Positions 14,575 through 29,510 of a DNA stretch of 64,000 nt are shown here, piece by piece; the first letter of the stretch is position 1, and each line of letters opens with the position of its first letter. Both the position numbers and the translations under genes were made by a program. This DNA comes from Eledone cirrhosa (Eukaryota). Location: positions 39,990,001 through 40,054,000 of the forward strand of contig OZ024751.1 in the NCBI GenBank assembly GCA_964016885.1, written 5' to 3'. The notes beneath the pieces were generated by a model, which was given only the letters and a program-made list of their open reading frames with translations, was not told the origin of the DNA and made no database searches.

Positions 14575-14716
14575 AGGCGCATGGCTTAGTGGTTAGAGCA
14601 TTGGGCTTGCAATCGAAAGGTTGTGAGTTCAATTCTCGGACCGGGTGATGTGTTGTTTCCTTGAGCAAGACACTTTATTTCACGTTGCTCCAGTTTACTC
14701 AGCTGTAGAAATGAGT
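14575..14716 (+). mobile_element. tRNA-derived CORE-like SINE family A
   Basis: A box TGGCTTAGTGG, B box GAGTTCAATTC, and core CCTTGAGCAAGACACTTTATTTCAC. Confidence 0.85.
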
Positions 14717-15005
14717 GCCTGCCCGCCCAGCCAGTGGGATGGCGTTATCTTATGGCTAAAACAGCACGAAGTACTGTGACCAGCGGCTCCGATTGGCGCC
14801 AGACAGACTGGTCGGTCAAGGTGATATATATATTATAAAGAGTAGGGACCTTATATAACCATACTCTACAACCCCAAGTATCGAGCACTCTGGTGTGTAA
14901 TGATCTAACCAGTGTGTGTAACCTTATCGTGCGCTACTCTATTATGAATCACACTATGTCAGTGCTAATACTAGGATATATATATATATATATATACACA
15001 CACAT

Positions 15006-15277
15006 GATGGCTGCCCCCTCGTTATCGAGTAATGGCCATTGCACGATATACCATTATTAATAATTATTAATTAATTCTATCGTGCAATTCCTTTGCGTGA
15101 AGATATTTTTTAAAGTGAGGAAAGACTGTGCACTGAGCCAATCCCACTCTCTGAGCGACAGTAGCTATAACCCGAAAAGAAGAAAAGATCAGCATCATCG
15201 GTAACTACTGAGCCGCAGGTTTTATATCGGAGTTATCCCAGTTTCCTGAGCTGCCTTCTCTTAGAAGAATGCCATGA
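15006..15277 (-). mobile_element. RTE-derived non-autonomous element, partial copy
   Basis: Collinear similarity with 15377-15700 (GGCTGCC..CTCGTT..CGAGT, GCAATTCCT, CCCACTCTCT). The RTE assignment comes from recalled motifs. Confidence 0.5.
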
Positions 15278-15376
15278 CATACATAAATACATACATACAT
15301 ACATACATACATACATACATACATACATACATACATACATACATACATACATACATACATACATACATACATACAT

Positions 15377-15942
15377 GGTGGCTGCCAACTCGTTTTCGAG
15401 TACGGCCACTACTTTATATCCATGTAGGAGAACCCCTACCAATGCGCTGAATGAGTGTGACTTTTTAGTCCAGCCAGCGACTTGAAAACTCTGGTACAAA
15501 CACTACCATGTGACGACAAGTGCAGAGAGATCTCCAGATATAAAGCAATTCCTGTGCAGTGAAGCTTTTATAGTGAGCAAAGGCACTGCACAAAGCCAGT
15601 CCCACTCTCTTAACCAAGATGATATTTACCAAAAAGAAGAACAAGTTAACATCATTGGATGCCATCGGGGTTGCAGGTGTTATATCAGAGTTTTCCTTCT
15701 CCTAGAATTCTACCTTGACAAAGGCTAAGGGGTCATCTCTCCCGGTAATTTTGGACGGCCATTGACTCTTAAGAGCTCCTTTGCCCTTTGACAGGTTTTG
15801 TTTTTAGTCCTGCAGGATGTCCAAAGTCACCCTCCTCACCAAGAAACCTTGGTGGGGTTGCCAGTTTAGTCGCCAACGACCCGACCATGAGACAGGTTGT
15901 ACTGGGATACATGTTACCAGTAGCACCAACTGGTGACCTGAC
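15377..15942 (-). mobile_element. RTE-derived bipartite non-autonomous element between (ATGT)n tracts
   Basis: The minus strand carries CTAGGAGAAGGAAAACTC (RTE 5' UTR-like) and ends in CTCGAAAACGAGTTGGCAGCCACC + (ATGT)n. There is no RT ORF. Confidence 0.55.
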
Positions 15943-15950
15943 ATAATACA

Positions 15951-15984
<34 letters not shown>

Positions 15985-16386
15985 CATAAATACATACATA
16001 AATACATACATACATAAATACATAAATACATACATACATACATACATACATACATGCATACATGCATACATACATACATGCATACATGCATGCATACATG
16101 CATACATACATACATACATACATACATAAATACATACATACATGCATACATGCATACATACATACATACATGCATACATGCATACATACATACATGCATA
16201 CATGCATACATACATACATACATACATACATACATACATACATACATACATACATACATACATACATACATGCAAGGCCGACTGAACACGCACGTCTGTT
16301 TTTTTCTCCCCATTTTTTTCTCATTTTCCACCGTTCCTTCCTCTCATCACTCTTTACTTTCTATTTATCTTCTATTTCTAACTCTA

Positions 16387-16422
16387 TCTTCTGATGAAGG
16401 ACTAGTGTCCGAAACGTTAAGA
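16387..16422 (+). ncRNA. Minimal type I hammerhead ribozyme (family Z)
   Basis: TCTT CTGATGA A GGAC TAGT GTCC GAAAC GTT AAGA: 4-bp stem I, 4-bp stem II, palindromic ACGT stem III, GUU site. Confidence 0.8.
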
Positions 16423-16724
16423 CTCTCTTCCTCTTATTTCAAGCGTTAAAATAATATATTTCTTCCCCGTACTATGCCGTTTGTTTTGTTATTTTTATTA
16501 TTTCTGTTTACCTTTTACATACATCTATATGTATACGTATGTGTGTGTGAATGTGTGTATGTGTTTGTGTGTATGCGTGTGTGTATATATATATATGTGT
16601 GTGTCTGTGTCTGTATGTGTGTTTTTCATTATTTTATGAGTTTATTGTTTTTTCTATTTGCTTTGCATTTTTTTTTTTACTTGCAACAATATAATCCCTA
16701 AATCCATCTCCATTTAGAAAAGAA

Positions 16725-16817
<93 letters not shown>

Positions 16818-16909
16818 CAGTATATATATATATATATAAATGAAAGGTATAGAAATTGTTTTAGCGAGAAGTTAATAGTATTCTATAACATATATATATA
16901 TTTATATAT

Positions 16910-17066
16910 AGTAATAATAATAAAATTGAAGACTAAAATCCAAAGAGGGCTCGATAAGGAAAATATATATCAAATATATAAGAACCGTAGAGCAAATATT
17001 TATTAAAATAACAGATTAAAGTTTAAGCAAAGAATCGCTGCTTTAATCTGTTATTTTAATAAATAT
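16910..17066 (-). mobile_element. Family X fragment with 26-bp fold-back at its 5' end
   Basis: Reverse complement of 10756-10846, contiguous with the 10707-10745 segment. Arms 16996-17021 and 17041-17066 are inverted repeats. Confidence 0.75.
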
Positions 17067-17073
17067 ATATATT

Positions 17074-17104
<31 letters not shown>

Positions 17105-17105
17105 A

Positions 17106-17212
<107 letters not shown>

Positions 17213-17425
17213 CGTTTCTGAATTTGTTTAGCAAGATTCTTTATCTGAAATCGTGTGTTGAAACCGATATTGTTATACTTTGGGAGGGTCATGTTGCCAA
17301 TAAGAAACACACGCACCAGTTGCTTTCACTTCAATTTAATTTAATATATATTTATAAATTTACAAATTTATAAATTTCTGGTTGGTTGGTTGGTTCCACA
17401 ACCAGATAGTTGTTTATATATATAT

Positions 17426-17470
17426 AGTCATAGTTCTTTCGTCACACACTCTGTGACCTCTTCAGTGACT
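17426..17470 (-). ncRNA. Type I hammerhead ribozyme in the PLE pseudo-LTR
   Basis: Minus strand: AGTCA CTGAAGA G GTCACA GAGTG TGTGAC GAAA GAAC T A TGACT. Stem I is 5 bp, stem II 6 bp, stem III minimal; predicted cut between 17431 and 17430. Confidence 0.85.
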
Positions 17471-17771
17471 GGGGATTTCTTTCTTCGTTTCTGTGCCTTT
17501 CCTTTCTTCTATCCTACGCCATTTTGTTTGTGTGTGGGTTGCGTGCTCAGTTTGCGCATGCGCCACATCCGGGTGTCTGTGTGTGTTTGTGTTCATTTTT
17601 CTATTTTTCTATTTATATTTGTTTGTTTATTTATTTATTTATTTATTGTTGGTTGGTTGTTTGTTCTATGTGTGTGTGTGTTTTCATTTTGTCTTGTGTG
17701 TGTTTTCATTTTGTGTGTGTTTTCAATTGTAAGTTGTTTGTTCTATGTGTGTGTGTGTTTTCATTTTGTCC

Positions 17772-18191
17772 TTAATTGTAAGTTGTGATGTTGCTGTTCC
17801 ACTCATATTTTCTATTTAATTTTGGTTTTAATTCTTTTATGCTTACTGCCTCTGTAATTTGCCTAAACATTGCGTCTTTCTTGTGTGTGGATTCTATTTT
17901 TATTTCTATGCTCTCTAATTTACCCCTGTGTTCTATCTTAGCATGTTGGTAGAGCACAGATGATTCTTTACTATCTTGGAGGTCTCGCCAGTGTTCATTT
18001 ATTCGTTCCCCTATACTACGAGCTGTCTCACCTATGTACACTATATTTTTGTTTCTACATTGTCCTTCAGTACATCTTATGCTATATACTACATTTCTAG
18101 TTTTACAGTTAATATGGGGGCTTATTTTACAGGTTATACATTTCTTATCTATACATGAGGGTCTTTGGAACGGGTATGTCTTGCTAATAAG
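17772..18191 (-). pseudogene. PLE ORF C-terminus: Cys-rich linker + GIY-YIG endonuclease (RT missing)
   Basis: Open frame LISKTYPFQRPSCIDKKCITCKISPHINCKTRNVVYSIRCTEGQCRNKNIVYIGETARSIGERINEH...LYQHAKIEH...RQITEAVSIKELKPKLNRKYEW. It has VVY/YIG, catalytic R/H/E/N residues, a CCHH finger and a Cx4CxxC linker. Confidence 0.92.
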
Positions 18192-18349
18192 TTATATAAG
18201 TTATATAAACAACCATCTGGTTGTGGAACCAACCAACCAACTGGTGCGTGTGTTTCTTATTGGCAACATGACCCTCCCAAAGTATAACAATATATATATA
18301 TATATATGTGTGTGTGTGTATATATATGTGTATATATATATTATATATA

Positions 18350-18391
<42 letters not shown>

Positions 18392-18577
18392 GTTTCTGAA
18401 TTTGTTTAGTAAGATTCTTTATCTGAAAACGTGTGTTGAAACCGATATTGTTATACTTTGGGAGGGTCATGTTGCCAATAAGAAACACACGCACCAGTTG
18501 GTTGGTTGGTTCCACAACCAGATGGTTGTTTATATATTGTCAAAGTTCTTTCGTCACACATTCTGTGTACATATATT

Positions 18578-18703
<126 letters not shown>

Positions 18704-18753
18704 AATATATGTACACACAAACATATATGTACATGCGAATATAACGCAGTGGA

Positions 18754-18790
<37 letters not shown>

Positions 18791-20288
18791 AACACACATA
18801 TGCATCTACCCATATGAAATATCAAACGACCAGATATCTCCATATTTGTTTTAGATGTAAATTTATTGTTAAAAGATGAGGAATGGAACATATTATGTCA
18901 GTAAACACGGAAAAAACTGATAAATGGCGATAGTGCACTAGAGATAATAAATGTCTATTTAGATATAAAACCATCACTGTTATAAACATCCCTGCTTGGA
19001 ATAGATTCTAGATCCTCCTCCATCATATAATTGAGCTACAACAAACAATATATACAGTGATGGATTTGTTTTGCAAGGTTTTTGATATGAAATCGTGGCT
19101 TCAAACAGATACTGTTATACTTCGAGAAATTGTATTTATGTTTATATTTTTAACTGTTGGTCAATCAATGATAAACAATGATCGCCAAATTTTACTGTGA
19201 CTGTTGTAGAAGACACTTGCATAAAATTCCTTACAGTAGGATTGAACTCGAAACCACGTGATTGCGAAGTGATCTCTCTATCTATACGGCCATATCTACA
19301 CTTATATAAGTAATTTAGTGGATTAAACCATACAACCACGTAACAGAAAACAAATTGACTAGAACAGACGACCACTAACTCTACACTTAACCTAAGCAAA
19401 CACTACCCAACACATGATTTACATAACTAAACTGGACGTTGACTATAAATCAGACGAACACGTTTTCAAAGCAAGTCATTAATAGTAAGAAATTGTAGGG
19501 AGAAGTAGACAGCAGGATGTTTTCGGAGAAGAAGCATATCTCGTGGATTAGTTCTGGCCATTAACTCCTTAAACTCCGAAGAGGTTGGGCCGAGCCGGGC
19601 CGAGCCGGGCCGAGCCGGGCCGCATCTAGGTCATAACTTTTGGGTGATGTGATTTTCTGCTGCTTCTCTTTGTCTACGTAGCAACCTGAAGCCTGTTGAA
19701 TTTAGGAGTCTAATGTAGGCCTTACAAAGATAACTATTGTTAGTACAATAGACAAACAATTAACTCTTCACTATCAAAACAAACATGGAAAATATATACA
19801 AACATTTGAAACACATGAAATAGATTTAGAGAAATAAAATGCTGGCTGACTATAGAATAGAGGAACATGTTATCAAAACAATTTATCAAATGAAGAAACA
19901 ATACCAGCATGCATTAGAGGAAATCATAAACTAGAATCAATATATTATATTACACAACACAAAGCGAGACTAGATAGAGGAGAAAAACAAACAGGAATTC
20001 ATAACTCAAACACACCACACACACCCAGCATAATATATAAGTAGTTGACAATACTGCACAAAAAAACGTACATGTTCGTAAACAACTTACGCTTTTATTC
20101 TTCTATTCTTTTATTATTTGACTGCTTTCAGTCATTAGACCTCGGCCATGCTGGGGCACTATGTTAAAAGAGTTTAGTCGATTATATCGACACCAGTATC
20201 AGCACATGTCTTATAGACATATTTTTTGTTCTTGTTTTTTCGCGCTTCTCACAGAGACACAAACGCCCGCGCACTTACGTATACATGT

Positions 20289-20368
<80 letters not shown>

Positions 20369-20668
20369 TTATCTATTATCTTCCAACGGTTTTTTTTTTA
20401 TTTCTCTCTGTGAGACAATGTTTTCTCAGTTGTAAAGGCTATTTCTCTCTCTCTTTATCACTCATTTCTCCTCCTCTCTCATTCTTCCTTCTTATACTCC
20501 TCCCCCACCATCCTTTATTTTTCTTTCTTCCTCTTCCTTACCTTATCCTACCCCCCCCCCCTCACTTTTTCCCAATCTCATGCATCCATCTTAGTTTATT
20601 TTTCATATGTTGATTTAAAACTTCACTGCTCACAAGTGTTTTTTAAGCTTCATATCATGTCTCCCTAC

Positions 20669-20733
20669 TTTATCTGATGAGAACGCAGATATCATCCCAA
20701 GATGATATTTGTTTTTGAAATGCGCATAATAAA
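20669..20733 (+). ncRNA. Type I hammerhead ribozyme with long stem II and palindromic stem III
   Basis: TTTAT CTGATGA GAACGCAGATATCATC CCAA GATGATATTTGTTTTT GAAA TGCGCA T A ATAAA. Stem III ATGCGCAT is self-complementary; AUA site. Confidence 0.85.
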
Positions 20734-20806
20734 ATACTTGGAACTCTTTTAACCATCTTTTGATCTTATATTATATATATATATATAAACATCAACATTC
20801 TCTCTC

Positions 20807-20897
<91 letters not shown>

Positions 20898-21610
20898 ATA
20901 TATATATACATGTGTGTATATGTGTGTGTAACTGTGTATGTGTGGAAAAAGCACTTCAAAATTCAATAAGCAGTTTTGTATTTTTCATGTAATATTTTTC
21001 CAACCGGTTTCACATTTTTTAAATAAATTCTTGGTTAATCAATGATTCTCCCAATGTAAATCTCCCATGTGTTTTTTGGTAAGATGAAATTTTCTTTATA
21101 AATAATTGTTTTTAAATAACTTAACATGGGGAAGTGATATAACGTCTAGGTAATAAACATAAACATAAGGGAAGAAGGGTAAAGAGGTGGAAAAGTTTCT
21201 TATTAAGGAGATGGAGTACACCAAAGAAAAAAAGAGGGGAGAAGGAAGGGAGGTAATTCATACCATGTGTTTCATCTGCCTAGTAATAAATTTTCTATTT
21301 TGATTCAACACACAATTTTGTGTCTGTAATTCAGTGCATGTTTAGTCTTCTTAAGTACATAAACCTATAAAATATGTAATATTTATATATAATGTATATA
21401 TAATATAATAATATAATATACTTTGATATACCTTCAGCTATTTCAATATAGTTTTTTCTATATTTTAATATATTTTCATTTAATAATACTTTCTTTCAGT
21501 TGTTTTTAGTTACGTTCGGCTACATGAAATATTAATATGTATCTTGTGTATGCCAATTGGCATATATCTGTGTGTGTATGTGTATATATATATATGTGTG
21601 TGTGTCTGTA

Positions 21611-21653
<43 letters not shown>

Positions 21654-21861
21654 CTGTATGCATATATATATATATATGTGTGTGTGTGCGTGTGTGTCTG
21701 GCTTGTACTCCAATAAATACAGTTTTTTCACTTAAATTTTATATGCTATATATATATATATATATATATATCTTTGCTTTTCCTTCGGAATTACCTAACA
21801 CACACACACACATATATACACAATAAAAAACTAAATACATGCAAACGAAACCTCATCGATG

Positions 21862-22322
<461 letters not shown>

Positions 22323-22628
22323 ATATATATATATAACATCGATGAGGTTTCGTTTGCATGTATTTAGTTTTTTATTGTGTATCGAACGTTTTGCAAAAGA
22401 TTGGCTCATGGTGACCCATAGAAGTTATGGACCCGACTCCATTATCGATCTAGGTTTATAAATATTTCACCGTCGACAGCGACGGAAGATCCATCAGTTT
22501 ACAATTAACAAAATCGACTTAGAAATGTCAGCCATTATATATATCGTTATGGATGAAGCGATGGGAGGCAGTTGTAAAAACAATCATTTAATTAGAAATG
22601 TAATTACTTCTTTTGACATTTGGGTTTT

Positions 22629-22794
<166 letters not shown>

Positions 22795-22831
22795 TTGTAT
22801 GTATATATATATATCACACATGTATGTATGC

Positions 22832-22916
<85 letters not shown>

Positions 22917-22919
22917 TAT

Positions 22920-22951
<32 letters not shown>

Positions 22952-23009
22952 ATATATATATATATATAGAGATTTTTTTTTTCCTTTGCTTTTCCTTCGG
23001 AATTACCTA

Positions 23010-23069
<60 letters not shown>

Positions 23070-23122
23070 TCATATATACATATGTATATATAAGTGTGTG
23101 TATATATGTATATATATATGGT

Positions 23123-23157
<35 letters not shown>

Positions 23158-23209
23158 CATACATATATATGTATATATAAGTGTGTGTATATATGTATAT
23201 ATATATGGT

Positions 23210-23262
<53 letters not shown>

Positions 23263-23307
23263 TGTGTGTGTATATACATACATATACATACATATACATA
23301 CATATAT

Positions 23308-23366
23308 ACGTTAAGGGTGAAAGCAGCGATTCTTTGCTTAAACTTTAATCTGTTATTTTAATAAAT
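23308..23366 (+). mobile_element. Family X fragment starting at ACGTT/AAGGG
   Basis: Reverse complement of 10707-10755, embedded in TA-rich repeats. Confidence 0.7.
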
Positions 23367-25385
23367 AAATATATATATATATATATATATACATATATAT
23401 AAATTATTGATTATTGTCATAATTAATGTACCGTAACTATAATAACGAGATACAATTTCCCTTCATTTCTCACGGAATCATACATTTACAGAGGCGTGAC
23501 ATTACAAAATTATTGCTAGTTGTTTTATCGATATCAGGGGACATAAAATTTAAAATATCAATATCTTCCGTGAGGAATATTGATCATGGGGGAGAAGAAA
23601 TGGACCGATGATAGTTCCTGTTGTTCGATCAACGGAACTGTCTACTCGTGAAATTAACGTTTAAATGGCTGAACATAGCACAGACATGTGTACCTTTAAA
23701 GCTATTTTTTCAAGAGATTCAGCGTGACATAAAGTATGTGACAAGGCTGGCTCATTTATTTACAGATTCAATCCATCTAATGGGCTTCCAAGCAGTTTCT
23801 GCCTACCCTATATCAGTCACAAGACATAACAAAGCATGTAAATATATTTACAGTAGAATAACATAACAAATATGTTTTAAATATATACATAAATAACATT
23901 ACAAATGCTTAAATAACATTATAAATTGCTCACGTTTCTTTCAGAAAGATATATTCCTTTAATGTTGCAATATTTAAAAAAATGTAAAGGAAGGGGTGAA
24001 CAACCGAGCCAACACCAGAGCAAAAAACAGCCGCGAGGGGTACTGGGCAACCTCTCTAATGATTTTTTAGGCAAGCCAGCACACTCGGGTGATGGCGAGG
24101 CTAATGCGCTGGAACAACAAAGCGCCCTCGCGAGATTCGCCTGTTACCTCTATTAGCCGCCAGTGAAGAGAGGAACCTCGCAGTCAGCGACCCGACTCCC
24201 CCAAACGTCTCAAAAGCCACAGGCTGAAAAATGTAGCTGGCCGACAGATCACAGTATCTGAGGGTCTTACTCCGCTCGGCTGCGGAAGCTGTGACTCTCG
24301 TCCTAACTGCAGCATCCAGGATGTAGAAAGAAGCATAACTTGATGTGAGGCAAATTATACTTGCCTTAAGATGTCACGCAGTAGGATGGAAACCGAAACC
24401 TAATGATTGCGAAGCGAACTTCTTAACCATTCAGCCATGCTGTGTTCATGGTATGGAACGGTATGGAACGCAGAGAAACAGAATAACAGAATTAAATACT
24501 ATCAAGTATCCTTATTTTATTTTAGAATTGGTTAGAATTTTTGAATATAATACCTGTATGTATAACTTTTCAATTCCAATTAATTACGCCAAGCTAACTT
24601 TGATACATAAAATTGGGGGTTTGCTGTGTATTCTATTTGTGTGTGTGTGTGTGTGTGTGAGGGGCTCCCTAGCCTGAAGTGACCCGAACCCCACAAATTC
24701 TAAATCCAAACCTGTATATGATACTCTAACAACGCCGTTAGTCCATTGGCCTGGACTGGGATTTTTTTCAACACCAAAAAGATATAAAAAACAAAATTGA
24801 CATCGGAGTAATTCGAACTCAAGACACAGAACAAAATACCACAAGGTTTTACACCGACCATCTACAGCCTCCCTCATTTCACCGTCCCACCACACTTTTT
24901 TTTCTGCCTATTCTAATGCATATAATTTTTACACTGCGTCATTCGTTGCACATATCGCCCTTCGGTGAATATTATCTGTTTTCATTTGTGTATGTATTTT
25001 TAATGAGGAAAGAAAAGAAGTCATTAAATAAACAAACTTTCGCTCAACCAAAAGAAAATGGTTATAAATATTGACTAACTTAACTAAACAACAAACAACA
25101 AACTAGCAATCCTCCATTGGGAAAACAGTCTGTCTTTCTACCTTGTCATCATGTCTGTCTGTCTGTTTATCTGTCGCTTGGTCTGTCTATCATGTCATCA
25201 AATCTGTCTTTCTGTCTGTTTGTCCCTGCAGTTGTCTAAATAACACAAACGGGTTACAGTAATACGTTTAATAATTTATAATTAATCATTTCCTTTGTGG
25301 CTGATGACGTTGTTTACTTCTCTTGGTGTCTAAAACAACAATAGCTGCAGCAAGAAACCCTTCTCCTACACACACTCTCTCTCTC

Positions 25386-25470
<85 letters not shown>

Positions 25471-25810
25471 GGGAGGGTCTGTGTGTGTAAGTATGTGTGT
25501 GAGCGTGTGTTTGTGTGTATGCGTATGTGTGTGAGTATGTACATCTTCCCGACAGAAACCACGTGTGAAAGTACTTAGAGATAAATTTACATGTTTAAGC
25601 AATGCAAACACTTATCTTATTTCTCATAAACATTCACAAACATGCACACACATACATATACAAATATACACACACTCATACATATACAAATATACACACA
25701 CTCATAAATATACAAATATACACACACTCATAAATATACAAATATACACGCAATCATGCATATACAAATATACACACATGCAGAATAATAATAGACCTAA
25801 AATTAGCTTT

Positions 25811-25853
<43 letters not shown>

Positions 25854-26054
25854 GGCAAACATGTTGTGTGTGCAACACACCTATCAGAGAATAATAATGC
25901 AATTCGCTTTAAGCACTCAACGTCATGTTTTCGTCCAAATATAATTTGTCAATCAGTGACGGAGTATATGCAGAATAAGGACAAATGTTTAAAAAATCCT
26001 TTATTTATAAATAATTTTTAAACATATATATATATATACACACATATATATATG

Positions 26055-26162
<108 letters not shown>

Positions 26163-26325
26163 GTAAGCACCCATGTTGTTTCATATATAACACAAACCTA
26201 TCTAGCTCATCCACTACAAACAAGAAATTGTCTGCAACAAAAAGAGACGTATGTGTTGGTTCACTCCACCGTTTAACAAATACGTAATAACTAGTGTGGT
26301 AAAGAAACTCCAAAGTACCAACAGG

Positions 26326-26385
<60 letters not shown>

Positions 26386-26747
26386 ATATATATATATGTG
26401 TGTGTATGTGTGTGTGTGTGTGTGTCTGTGTGTGTGTGTGTGTAGGTGTGAGAACAATGTACGACGAAAGAAAAGAGTTATTTATGCATTATCAGGCCTT
26501 GTTTAGATGTAAGCACGTCCGTGCTTTTCTGTTCATTTTGAATAAGTAGAATATTTAAAGCATCAAAAGTTAGACGTATTTATGTGAGAGAAACATTTAG
26601 TAATATAGAAATAAGTCAAACGTTTAACATATATTATATATAATGAACATTTATATAAAATACAGCAGGCGTTCGAAGATTAATATAAACTTATGTTAGA
26701 TAAAACTAATGTATATATTTTTTTAATTCGATGTCTTAGCCGTGAAT

Positions 26748-26936
26748 ATAATTGTTTCTAGTTTTGGCACAAGACCAGCAATTATCACAGTGCATTACTG
26801 GTACTTTATTTTACCGACCCTGAAAGGATGAAAGGCAAAATTAACCTCAGCGGGATTTGAACTCAGATCATAAAGAGCCGTAACTCTATGCGTCAAAGCA
26901 TGGCGTCACACCCTCTACCGATACTGCCAATCCACC
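26748..26936 (-). mobile_element. SINE family B
   Basis: GGTACTTTATTTTACCGACCCTGAAAGGATGAAAGGCAAA...ATTTGAACTCAG. Confidence 0.85.
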
Positions 26937-27351
26937 ATAAAATTATAATGGAAGATTTTAGATATTTTATTTTAAAAAATTTAAACACTTAAGTATCATA
27001 TATTTAAAGGTGGTTTAATGAGGTCTGTAATCAAGGGGGTTAAAGTAAAGGCCCGTAACTCTTATAATGAGCTATGAGATGTAAACATCACCAAATATTC
27101 TACCATACACAGAAAAATACATGAAATTATTCAGAGAAGTTGTCGATGGTGTTTGTAGTATGTCTGTTCAATTAGACACAAACTGTGGCTTGGTCAATCT
27201 CCGTTGTATTGCATGCATGAGGGTGTATGTTGTAAAACACGAAAGAGCCAGTGAAATCAGACTACAACACTGATGATGTGTCCAAGGTTTTGCATCTGTG
27301 GATGTGTAAAGGCATACACTTGCATACATACATACATATATATATATATGT

Positions 27352-27570
27352 GAATGCGCGTGGCTGAGTGGTAAGAGAATTGGATTCGCAATCGGGAGAT
27401 TGTGAGATCGATTCCTGGACCGGGTGATGCGTTAAGTCCTTGAGCAAGACACTTTATTTCACATTGCTCCTTCTACCTGGAGTTGCGACAGATCGAGAGT
27501 ATTAGCAATTGGAAAGACCAACGGAAACATTATTTCCTCGGTTCGATTTGACGAAAGTCGATCGACTGTC
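27352..27570 (+). mobile_element. CORE-like SINE family A, full length
   Basis: TGGCTGAGTGG A box, GAGATCGATTCC B box, core, and tail ending GACGAAAGTCGATCG shared with 30326 and 31050. Confidence 0.85.
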
Positions 27571-27571
27571 G

Positions 27572-27619
<48 letters not shown>

Positions 27620-27634
27620 ATACACAAGCAAACA

Positions 27635-27681
<47 letters not shown>

Positions 27682-27995
27682 AAATACCGATATTGTAATG
27701 GCGTGTTTATAATATCACACCGCTTGAAGCAACGAAGAACTTTCTTATGCAAGGAAGAAAGATTTAAATTTATTTATGTCAATATTTGGGAAGATGTGAG
27801 AAAAAGTTGGTTTATGTCGACCATTGTAAATAGCTAATCTAGTTAATATTGTCTGGACACATCACCTCACGTTGCTTCAAATTTATAGTTCTCTTCTTCT
27901 TCTACATACATACATACATATATACATACATACATATATACATACACATATACATACACATATACATACACATATACATACACATATACGTATAC

Positions 27996-28031
<36 letters not shown>

Positions 28032-28213
28032 ATACATATATGTCTGTGTGTATGTATACATAAACATATACACATACACACATACACAAACACATACGCA
28101 TACATATACGAACACATGCATTGAGTGCTTCTTTTTGATGATTTCAACGTTAAGTCCGATATATATATATATATATATATATATAACTGTTGAACTTGGT
28201 GACTTATTTCTTT

Positions 28214-28279
<66 letters not shown>

Positions 28280-28416
28280 CTGTTGAACTTGGTGACTTAT
28301 CTCTTTGTTTATATATATATATATATAATGTATGTGTGTTTTTTCTAATGTCTGTTTTGTGTTTTTTGATAGACGGAAATATAAAATATAAATGTTTATA
28401 GTAACTATAAAAGTAT

Positions 28417-28479
<63 letters not shown>

Positions 28480-28480
28480 T

Positions 28481-29460
28481 ATTTCTTTTATTTGCCACTA
28501 GGGCATCAAAAGTGGGACAAGTACAAAGGGGGGAGTTTACACAAAAAGGCGTCCTCAATAAGGAGGAGGCAATAACAAAATATAAAAATAAAATAAGATA
28601 TAACAAAAAATAAAATTTTTAACAAAATCCTCAATAGAGAGGAGGCGCCTTGGGGGGTCGCACACACCCCCGAAAAAAGTGTGCAACCCTTCTCCTCAGG
28701 AGCACAGAGAAGGGGTGCTCCCTTGGTCTTTCATCTTCCTCACCTATAGTCTGATGTAGAGTGAAGGCCCATTCACACGGGCCATTCTCGCCACTTTCAC
28801 CCATCTTTCATAGAAACGGCTGGGGTGCAGCACCTCTCTCTCCATCCTGATCCTTCTTCCGAAATGATATCGGAAGAAACGGACCAGTTGTTGGCCAGAG
28901 AGAAAGGTGCCCGACCTCAGTCCTTTCAGACGCGTCCACCATACAACCTCTTTCGCCATGGCTATTACGCACAGAAACACCGCCTCTGCTTCATCTTTGA
29001 AGGGGGGAGGCGGCTTGATCATTACAATAGACTCGGTGGTCAACCGGATCGGTCCCACCCTTGACAGCAGTTGTTCGACATAGCCCCACAGATCGGCTAC
29101 GCCCGAGCAGTGTACTAATGCGTGTGCAACGGTTTCCTCGTCGCACACGCATCTGGGACAGATCTTTTTGGCGGGGTCCCTACCCGGGCGCCCGTGTCTG
29201 TAGAGCCTTTCTCGAACGGGTAAAGCCCCTCGGTAGCACTGCCAGGCCAGGGACTTCTGGAAGTTGTCCATAGGTCCCGGGCTGAATGTCCTACCGAACA
29301 GGCTGGCCAGTTCGTCCTCCTCCATGTCTAGGGCTTCTCCGAGGGCGTCGTCGCACCTGCTGCGTACCAGCCCTCTATAGAATGTTGCGGTGGAGTCTCC
29401 ACTGACAACCGGATCCGCCTGCCAGAGGGCGGTGAGCGCCTGGGCACACTCAGTGTGCCA
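28481..29460 (-). mobile_element. 5'-truncated Tx1/L1-clade LINE, copy 3 (longest), in (GATA)n
   Basis: Same 3' end and protein as copies 1-2 but diverged mainly at third codon positions; (GATA)n on both sides. Confidence 0.9.
28744..29460 (-). pseudogene. Tx1/L1 ORF2 C-terminal ~238 aa incl. zf-RVT (uninterrupted)
   Basis: ...MDNFQKSLAWQCYRGALPVRERLYRH...CPRCVCDEETVAHALVHCSGVADLW...VVWWTR...; no RT or EN domains are present. Confidence 0.88.
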
Positions 29461-29461
29461 G

Positions 29462-29510
<49 letters not shown>

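Noticed and set aside
14575-14645. tRNA gene-like A/B boxes
   Set aside because: These are SINE heads: they continue directly into a repeated core and show no intact cloverleaf.
17313-17384. Segment missing from some pLTR copies, considered as a spliced PLE intron
   Set aside because: There are no GT..AG ends on the sense strand. It is bounded by a CAAC/GTTG microhomology, so a deletion is more likely.
19589-19622. GC-rich (GGGCCGAGCC)x3.5 repeat
   Set aside because: A short local slippage repeat with no supporting ORF or flanking structure.
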